Below the pieces are notes generated by a model. It ran no database searches. It was not told the origin of the DNA and worked only from the letters and a program-made list of their open reading frames with translations. A stretch of 64,000 nt of DNA, from NCBI GenBank assembly GCA_951406725.2, contig OX597819.1:58776001-58840000 (forward strand), written 5' to 3'. Shown here one piece after another: positions 1 to 64,000 of the stretch. This DNA is from Octopus vulgaris. Taxonomy: Eukaryota. Each line of letters begins with the position of its first letter. Position 1 is the first letter of the stretch. The position numbers were made by a program, and so were the translations under genes.

Positions 1-773
1 CCCGATCGCGCTGTTAAACTATTGGGAGTGAAGGACTCATAGCCTTTGTTAGGGCATCCTTCTAGGAGAAGGTAATTCAGGTAACTGGGATAACTCCGAC
101 ATAAAACCTGCGGTTCAGTGGTTACCGATGATGTTGACTTGTTCTTCTTTTCGGATTATGGCTGCTGTTGCTTATTAAGTGGGATTGACTCAATGCACAG
201 TCTTTCCTCACTTAAAAAAAAATCGTCTTGCCCAGGCATTGCACGATAACAACATTGTTCATGATTGTTGATGGTGCTGTGAGTCTGAACTGAATGGCTG
301 GCTGTAACCTTAAAAAGCAAATAAAAGTCACATTCGATCACAGCACCAATAACAGTTAAGCTTCGTGCAATGGCCATACTCGATAATGAGGGGGCAGCCA
401 TTTAGGCAGTGTGTTACATATCCTAGGGCCCCAATAATTACAGATATAAACCTGAACTTATAATCTGGATAGAGTAACTGCAGTATGTATGATGTATTTA
501 TCGTATGTATGTACTATGTACGTATGTATGTGTCTTCGTGCGTAGCGAATGAAGTAATATGCTGGTATTTGTATTGAGTACTTTTCCTAATGTGTGTGTG
601 TGTGTGTGTGTGTGTGTAGTAAAATTCTTAAACTATTTTTATAAATTCTATCAGGTACGAAGTTAACCAACCAATTAGCTTTACATTTTTCTTTTCTTTT
701 TCTTTGTTTTTTTGTAGCCTGTTTCTGTACTGAGAATAGCATTATCAAAATATTTATCCAGCTTTGTACTTAC

Positions 774-55588
<54,815 letters not shown>

Positions 55589-55736
55589 CGTTAATGGTAT
55601 ATAGAGTAGAAATTCCCTAGATCCAGTTTTTGTATAGGAATTAAAATTGACGGCCCGACAATGCACCGGGTCCTAGCTAACTAGGAGCAACCGTGCTGCA
55701 AAAAAAACAAAATGTCTAATGCAACACTGGATATTC

Positions 55737-55772
55737 CTAGAATCTACGATAACGCCGTCTATAGCCTGACAT
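55737..55772 (-). other. Upstream ORF in predicted 5'UTR: MSGYRRRYRRF*
   Basis: ATG TCA GGC TAT AGA CGG CGT TAT CGT AGA TTC TAG, starting about 16 nt after the predicted TSS; depends on the TSS prediction. Confidence 0.55.
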
Positions 55773-55784
55773 GGGCTAGCGACC

Positions 55785-55915
55785 AAGTGAATAATTCTAA
55801 GTTCGAGTTTTAATATAGCTCCAACAACTGATTATCCAATAGCAACGAAGCGGTCTGGTGATTGACCAATCAGTGATAAGCACTTTCAGTAGGCTTTACC
55901 AAAGTGGGTGGAGTT
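55785..55915 (-). promoter_or_regulatory. Predicted collagen core promoter: Inr-like TCACTT (TSS ~55788), TATATTAAAA (55808-55817), two inverted CCAAT boxes (55836-55840, 55866-55870), GT-box (55906-55913)
   Basis: TATA-to-Inr spacing is 29 nt; both CCAAT boxes sit in TGATTnnCCAAT exactly 30 bp apart; repeat-free island. Confidence 0.7.
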
Positions 55916-56586
55916 AAAGAAAGGCTTGTCGTCAAATTTTGATTTTTGTACAAATTTTGTATTAGGCCACGCCATTGTGGGTTTTGCTCGGTTTATCCAG
56001 CTGACTGGGCCGAAATTAAATGCTGGGTCTTGTCTAATTGACAACAATGTTTGCTTGCTAATGTGTCAACCTTGAATTTAAAAGACATTTAAAATTTCAA
56101 ATAAAACATAAAAAATATGTGTGTGTGTGTATTGTGTGACTGTATTGGTATCAATGTATGTACATAGACGTGTGTATGCTCGAGAGAGAGAGAAAAGGTG
56201 TGTCTATGTATGCGTGTGTATGTGTGTATCAGCGTGTGTGGGTTTGTTCTTTAGCTGAAAAAAAAAAAGATATATATATTAGCATTACGAACAATTGTAA
56301 TTTCTCTTTCGAAGAAATTGCATTTCACAATTATGATTTCATTTTTGTATTTATTTTTTAATTCCCCACAAAATCTTATTTGAAATACAATTTTGCTTTC
56401 GAAGTCCGCTGATTTTGCTTATCTTTTTCTTTCTTTTACTCATTTTTGCTATTTATGTATTTATAGTTTATGCTTTCTTTCTTCAGTTCTTAGTGTTGTT
56501 GCTGATATTGTTTTGTTATTGTTGTTGTTGTTGTTGGTATGATTAACGTTCATATTTAAATAATCCGTTCTTAAGTTGTAACTTCT

Positions 56587-56646
<60 letters not shown>

Positions 56647-56751
56647 ATTACTTCACAAATATCACTGACATCGTCTTTATGGTGACTGGAGTTATGGCGA
56701 TAATGAATATTGATGTATTGGCACAAATATACATTCATACACATGTATATA

Positions 56752-56802
<51 letters not shown>

Positions 56803-56818
56803 AACATTAATATATATT

Positions 56819-56879
<61 letters not shown>

Positions 56880-57294
56880 GAACATTAAACAAAATGAGGT
56901 TTTGTGATATTCATGCATTTTTCCGAAATTATATTAATTAGCAAAACTGATGCACCTTTATTAATTAGAATTTTGCTTTTCTTTTCTTTTTCTCTTTCTC
57001 TCTCTCTCTCTCTCTCTTTCCCCCTCTCTCTTTCTTTCTCTCCACACACACATGCACACACACATACACAGATATAGTCTACTAGTCTACAAGGCTGCAA
57101 GCCAGCAGAATTGTTAGCACGTCGATAAAATGATTAGCTAGCGATATTTCTTTCGGCTCGTTACGTTCTGATTTCGAATCCCACCGATGTCAACTTTGCC
57201 TTTCATCACTTCGGGATCAATAAAATAAAGTACTGCTCAAGTACTGGAGTCAATGTAATCGACTTTCTACCCTTCCCCCATAATTACTGGCGTT

Positions 57295-57648
57295 AAACCC
57301 GGAAGCAGACTGGTGGTCCGTTGGGAGAGAATGTTGGACCCTGCAGCGGACTGGCTAACCATTGGAGGAGAATGTTAAACTCTGATGCTGGCTAGCGCCT
57401 GTTGGGGTAGAATGTTGAACACTGCAGTGGACTGACAGCCCGTTTGGGAAGAATGTCGGACCCTACAGTGGACTGGCAGCCCGTTGGGGGAGAATGTTGG
57501 ACCCTGCAGCGGAGTAGCGGCCTGTTGGGGAAAATGTCGGACCCTACAGTGGACTGGCGGCCCGTTGGAGGAGACTATCGGACCCTGCAGCGGATTGGCG
57601 GCCTGTTGGAAGAGACTATCGGACCCTGCAGCGGAATGGCGGCCCGTT
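57295..57648. repeat. GC-rich minisatellite, ~41-bp unit, about 9 copies
   Basis: Consensus GGACCCTGCAGCGGACTGGCGGCCCGTTGGGGGAGAATGTT, head to tail with no spacers. Confidence 0.9.
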
Positions 57649-58645
57649 CGCGATGAAATCTGTGATTCTGGTCACTTATGCTCCATGGAAACCGGGCAGC
57701 CGGCTTTATGGGTCTTGGGGCCCAAGAAAAATTGTGTGTGTGTCTAAAAAAATGGATGACAAAGAAATAAGAGATTATCTTATGAATTTCATTAGCTTAC
57801 AGCTGTTTCCCCTCCGTGTCTGAAACTCCGGCACTCAACTATGAGTTCACCACATCTTATACAGGAATCAGCTGAAAGTTACTGAAGATTTTACGGATAA
57901 TCCTTTGTCATCTATTCTTCTTATTACTGCTCCATACTTTATATATATATATATATATATACATCAAGAACTCATACTGTTCGACGCGTCCTTCCTTTTT
58001 TTTAAGATTCTAAGTTGTGCGATTTATTTGCTATTTTTAATCTTGTTGTGCAGCCACATAAACAGGTTCCCTAATCGGTTGTTTATGCTATGTTGTGAAG
58101 TGCGGCGATGAAGCTAACCTAAGAGAATTCCTTCAGTACAGGATATTTGACCGCAGGCAGAAGACAGATGGACTGAAGTAACAGCTATGAGGAGACATTA
58201 ATGTTGTTGAATTAATCATATAGAGCAAAAAAAAAGTGAAAAGGGACAGTTGGAACCCTGATTCGCTTTTCAATGCCCCATTAATGGATACCATCTCACT
58301 TCTCTTCCCTTATATTTTTTTTTCAAAATGCATAAACATCATAGCACTACATTCACCCACCTTCGTCCAAATATATAAAGAGATCTTATTTAATTGTTCG
58401 ATATGCTAGAAATGATAACCAAAATAAGGACACATAACACATTTAATAAGGTAATCCTTGATAGCAATTTCGGTTTCCAACTACCAAATCCATTCACAAA
58501 TCTTTGATTGGTCAGAAACTCTAGCAGAAGACAATTTCCCAAGGTGCAGCACAATGGGTATAAACCCGGAGAAGCAAGCTTCTTACCACTCAGCCATGCT
58601 TCATGCTGTTAGATAAGCTTTTTATTACACGATATTGTAAGGAGA

Positions 58646-59035
58646 TTAAGGCGGCGAACTGGCAGAAACGTTAGCACGCCTGGTGGTATTTCGTCAGTCT
58701 TTACGTTCTGAGTTCAAATTCCGCCGAGGTCCACTTTGCCTTTCATCCCTTCGGAATAGATTAAATAAGTACCAGTTACGCACTGGGGATCGATATAATC
58801 GGCTTAATCCATTTGTCTGTCCTTGTTTGTCCTCTCTGTGTTTAGCCCCTTGTGGGTAGTAAAGAAATAGGTATTTCGTCTGTCATTACATTCTGAGTTC
58901 AAATTCCGCCGAGTCGGCTTTACCTATTATCCTTTCTGGGTCGATAAATCAAGTACCGGTCGCGTACTGGGGTCGATTAATCGACTGATCCACTCCCCCA
59001 AACTTTTGGGCCTTGTGTCTAGAGTACAAAAGGAT
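58646..59035 (+). mobile_element. Dimeric SINE family A upstream of the promoter
   Basis: aaggcggcgaactggcagaaacgttagcacg head followed by two cores. Confidence 0.82.
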
Positions 59036-59314
59036 ATTGTAAGATTTCTTTTTTCGAAGTCCATTGCATGTGAACTAAAGATCCACAGCGCTTCACTACT
59101 GATACACGTGTCATAACTTATTCATCACTTGCTCAGATTAAACAAACTCATGATATTAAGATATGAAAAGGAAGCGGTGCACATTTTAAAGCAATGAGCT
59201 AAATGCTTTAAAGCATTTCATTTCGTCTCTCAACATTCTGAGCTCGAATTCTGCTGGAACAAACATTGTGGAGTAGATAAAATAATTACCAATAATACAA
59301 GACTGAAGCAACCT

Positions 59315-59410
59315 CATAACAACTATACTATTTATGCCGGAGGGTTTCATAACATCTATACTATTTACGCCTGAGGGACCCATAACAACTAAACTATATT
59401 ACTAGAGTAA
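59315..59410. repeat. Minisatellite, ~33-bp unit, about 3 copies
   Basis: CATAACAACTATACTATTTATGCCGGAGGGTTT-like units. Confidence 0.7.
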
Positions 59411-60240
59411 CCCGATCACTACTATTCTACTACATTACACTATGGCGACTGAGTGTCTACGATACTATTCTCCTCTTTTAAAATAGAAAATTGCTTTGTT
59501 CTTAGAGAAACGAAATTATTTATTCTGTTTTGTTTTCAACAGCAATAGTTTATATTATATTACAGCTAGTCAAGGCGGCGAGCTAATAGAACCGTAAACA
59601 TGCCGGACAAAATTTTGTCTGTCTTCACATTCTAAATTCAAATGAGGCCGATGTCGACTTTGCTTCGGGGTCGATAAATTAAGTACCGGTCGCGTAGTCG
59701 GGTCGATTAATCGACTGATCCACTCCCCAAAAATTTCGGTCCTTGTGCCTAGAGTAGAAAAGGTTTTCTTTATTCGAAGTCCATTGCATGTCACCTAAAG
59801 ATCCACAGCGCAAGGGTCGATGTAATCAACAAGCCCTCTCCCTCCCCTAAAAGTTTCAGGCCTTATAATAGAAAGGATCATATAACAGCAAGTCAGTTCG
59901 GCAGAATTGCCAGTGTGTCGAACAAAACGCCTTGGAGCATTTACTTCTGACACTTTACGTTCAGAGTTCAAATTCCGCCGAGGTCGACTTTACCTTTTAT
60001 CTTCTCGGGATCAACAAAATAAGTACCATTTAGCACTGGGGTCGATGTAACCGCCTTCCCCAACTCCTCAAAATTGCTGGCCTCGTGTCAAAACTATAAA
60101 GATAAAGAATTATATTACAGCTAGTTAGGATGGTAAATTGGTAAAGTTGTCGTTTGAGCATCGCATAAAATGTTTTGCGGTAGGGTAGGCTTCATCCGAC
60201 TCTTTACGTTGATAGTATCGACTAATTGTCTCACTTCAAA

Positions 60241-60584
60241 ACTGCTGGTTTTGTGCTTAAATCAAGATCCATCATATTACAACGAGTCGTGCAAATATTT
60301 CGTAAGACGGAGACAGAGCTGTGCTGAAAGAGTCATTTTCACCTTTGCGAGACTCGCTTCTACGGATAGCAATCTTTACCTCTACTGGTTAATTAGTTGA
60401 TACAAATGTAAGCAAGAGCACCGTAAGGTTTTCCGGGGGTGACCAATTAAATTGGTAATTTATAACCCAGCGTTCAAATCCTCTCAGGATGAAAAAAAAT
60501 AATCTTCTTTGCAAAAGTTGACCTTTCTGTTTTGTCAAAATGTATCACAGCAGTTGTTGTTGTTGCTATTGCTATTGCTGCTAT

Positions 60585-60651
<67 letters not shown>

Positions 60652-61525
60652 ACAGCTGCTGTTGCTATTGTCGTTGAGCGCTTTAATTCAGCTTCTGGCG
60701 ATCAGAGTTCGCGACGCAGTTTCAATCCTTGATTGGAAGCCTTTCATATCTGATACTCTCGTTGGCCGTCATTGTATGGTTGCAGGCTTTTCCCATGCGA
60801 TTAAGAAGTTATCTAATCACATTTTCTGGTTACGGTCACACCTCGTTGCATCTTGAGCAAATGTGTTCTACAACAGCATAGAAATGGCCTAAATGAAATT
60901 GAATACGCAGAAATCGTGCAGAGGTCTGCCAGAAAATTGATTCATCTAACAATGTTACTGCAGGGATTCGGACTAGTTTTCTATTTGAGGTCAAGTCTTA
61001 ATGTTCAACTTTCTACAGTAGCAAAAGGTAAATTGTTGTTTCTTCCTCCTGGCAATCCTGCATACATTTAAGGACTCGCAAACTGCCATAGGTAATGAAT
61101 GGGCAACCTCTTTTGACAAAAAAGATATACAGAGCCTGAAATGTAGTATATCCTCCGAAGAATACAATTTTTGTTGTTGTTGTTGTTGTTGTTATCGTCG
61201 TAGTCGTCGTCGTTGTTTTTGTAGTTAAGACAAAAACTTAGCGACAGTAATTTAAAATGCGATCTAGTTTCGCTTCTCAAGGTCTATAAGGGGATAGAGT
61301 TCAGCCGGCAAATCGGTGCGGGCCCGGGAGTTCCAAGAAGAGGCACCGTGAATTTCTGATGGAAAAAGACCTGAAAACAACCTCTTTACACCTTGCAAAA
61401 ATTTCTGTCGGAGGCCCTGGCTGCCGTTTTCCTAACATTATTAACAACCTTAGGGGTGAGTCGACAAAGTATTACACTACCAGACATAAAGTACGCATTA
61501 AAAAGCCTTTATTCCTTTGTGGGGG
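60241..61525. pseudogene. Possible highly decayed histone gene relics (H3-, H4-, H2B-, H2A-, H4-like)
   Basis: By-eye peptide similarity only: K-HRKVFR and NPAF (H4); EYAEI..SAR..HL..LN..TVAKG..LP (H2A); KRHREFL, LQKFLSE, RQSITLPDIKYALK, LYSFVG (H4); frameshifts and stops throughout. Confidence 0.4.
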
Positions 61526-61736
61526 CTTTCAGCATTTCATTTCAACAAATTGTTGGCAAGCCATCTGGCAGCATTGTCTATGGCAACAGACGGATCTTCT
61601 ACTTAGGAGTTTTACTTGTATAATCTTGACTCTTTCCTTTGCTGCAAGAGTTAAATGATTTGGAAGATAATTATACAATTACTATAATGCATTATGCATT
61701 ATAGTTATGTATCACATATTATGCATTATATCTTAT

Positions 61737-62041
61737 AACAAGAGCACTCAGAGAGCGCAAACCTCCACCAAGGCAACAACAACATCCTCTCAACGATTAG
61801 TCAAAAATGATTTTTAAAATGAGGATATCTGAAATAACTCGACTGCTCTCACAAATGAGAATACTAAAAATGGGTCTGACCGCTCTCAAAAAATTAAGTA
61901 AAGGAGAAAAAAACAGGAAATATAATCCAGAATCCTTGAAAGTTTCATCCGAATCCATCCAGCGGTTCTTGAGATATCTTGTCCACGGACAAACAAACAC
62001 GACTGAAAACAATACCTCTGCCTTTGCTAAGGTGGAGGTAA
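61737..62041 (+). mobile_element. Non-autonomous Helentron/HINE-like element
   Basis: Subterminal ACCTCCACCAAGG near the left end, terminal hairpin ACCTCTGCCTT-TGCT-AAGGTGGAGGT, internal AAAGTTTCATCCGAATCC motif. Confidence 0.6.
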
Positions 62042-62223
62042 TTGTGTATTACAATTACTAGTGTGAATATCTGGATTGGGTGGAATTTAAAATGAAGTCA
62101 GTTCCAGAGAAGTAAGAATTGGATGTGGGATTTATAGGGAAATAGTGAGAACGGGAGGAGGTCATCAGTCACGGTTGATCATTTTTCTGCATGTTTACGC
62201 AGGCCTGAGCAAAGAGGTTTTGT

Positions 62224-62271
<48 letters not shown>

Positions 62272-62347
62272 AATATTGACGCTTTCCTGTGCATGAATGC
62301 CGTCTCTCTCTCCCTCTCTCTTTTTCTCCTTTTTCTCACTCTCTCTC

Positions 62348-62413
<66 letters not shown>

Positions 62414-62938
62414 CGCCAACAATATTATCCGAAAGAAAGTCACCGCACCGCTTTAGGGCCGATACAGTTTGGCACCAGTGTCGTCTCAAACGTTGCTGTT
62501 AGAAGGTAAAAGAGTCCGAATAGATGCTGTAAGACATCTTGTCTGACCTAATAGTTCAGTTAACATGCCGTCCTGGATTGATGCTTGTAAGAATATAAGG
62601 GCACACAGGAGGGGAGGAAGAACCAAAGGCAGAACATTAACGTCTACTGTAAAAGAGTTAGCATAGCGTAAATCAGGTCAGTTTAATTAATTCAATGTGT
62701 GGATTGTGGATATCAGAGATAGAGAAGGCCATCGCGAAAAGATTATGAAATGCTGAATAAAGAGATGAAGAAAGTAAAAATAGTCCTGCTCCCTTAAGAA
62801 ATTATATTCATAGATTTTCTTTACATCGCATATAACATTCTGTAATTATTTCTAGTCGGAAAATTTAATTTTTTTTTTCTAAGTGTGGTGGATATATTCA
62901 TCGGCTATTAACGCACAGTTGCTAAAAAGATAAATGCA

Positions 62939-62997
<59 letters not shown>

Positions 62998-63072
62998 AAC
63001 GCACACATGAAAGAAAAAGATAGAGAGAGGCAGAGACAGAGACACACATCAGATAGATAGATAGATAGCTAC

Positions 63073-63149
<77 letters not shown>

Positions 63150-64000
63150 ATGGATTCTTGGACGAACCGATGGGTGGAATGAAATAAATTTTTTAATATT
63201 TTTTTTCTTTTTTAAATTCTATTTATTTATTTATTTGAATAGAATTTGAGAGAAGGAAGGAAACGAACGGGAAAATATATATCCAAAGACATAATTGTAT
63301 ATTTCGAATCAGACATTCTTTTTTTTTATTATTATTTTGATTTTAAATGTTCTTATGGTCTCCATTCCAAACCCCACCCACGCTGTCTTTACGGAGATGA
63401 CAAAAAGAAAAAGAAACAAAGAAAGAAAGAAAGAAAAACAAGGCTATGCAGAACGGAAATTCTATAGAAACCATTAAGCAGTGAAAAGCAAAATATCAAG
63501 TACGCGGGAGTAAGTGAGTTGAACAGAACAGCCGCAACTCGCTTAGTTTGTACTGGTGAATAAAAATTTTTTTTGCTGTTCTGGATTTCCTAGTGCAGAT
63601 CTTAATGGCGGCTCCCCATGTTGGAGATTAAGATACACATCTGGTTCAAATTTTAGCAACAAAAGCAACATCAGCAACAGAAACAAGATTAACAACAACA
63701 ATAATAACAACAACAACAAGTAGAAGAAAGAGAAATATCCCACGGGACAGGGGCGGGCCTTATTCTAGATTGTCATACTTTTGCCTCTGACGCCACCATC
63801 TTGGTTACAACTGTCCTTCTAGGCTACGCATATCGTTTGACAGGTTGGGAAGCGGGGTGGAATACAGACTTTAGGAAGAGTGGCGGGGTAGACTGGAATG
63901 GAATGATGTGGTGGGTAGAATGGGGTAGAGTGGAGTGGGGTGGATACCGGAGACGGGTGGGTGCTTTATTTGAGAAATTGGTGGTCGTGGTGGCGGCGAC

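Noticed and set aside
57295-57648. CRISPR-like periodicity
   Set aside because: Units are contiguous with no unique spacers, no cas genes, eukaryotic context; it is a minisatellite.
61540-61650. Further minus-strand H2B-like fragment (RKES..LYK)
   Set aside because: Too short and degenerate to separate from chance.
63740-63805. GC box and YY1-like CCATCTT motif near the right edge
   Set aside because: Isolated short motifs with no linked exon or TSS evidence in the window.

Overview
AT-rich, microsatellite- and SINE-dense animal genomic DNA; the repeat style suggests an octopus or other coleoid cephalopod (inference). Most of the window is one minus-strand gene for a clade-A-type fibrillar procollagen alpha chain. 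I traced 35 coding exons with GT-AG boundaries and one continuous frame: signal peptide exon (55507-55588), a truncated 6-Cys vWC exon, 14- and 36-nt microexons, a 13-triplet minor helix, an N-telopeptide, and 834 residues of major Gly-X-Y helix in 28 exons whose sizes are sums of 45 and 54 nt. The helix end and C-propeptide lie beyond the left edge. Notable points: a Gly->Pro imperfection at helix position 598; KGHR and GFPGER in vertebrate register; introns splitting vertebrate fused exons into 54-nt units; a TATA/Inr/double inverted-CCAAT promoter with a cap-proximal uORF hairpin; long intronic hairpins and inverted SINE pairs; a SINE orientation switch at the promoter; and an upstream 1.3-kb stretch resembling a decayed histone H3/H4/H2B/H2A/H4 cluster. 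Almost all ORFs in the supplied track are microsatellite artefacts.
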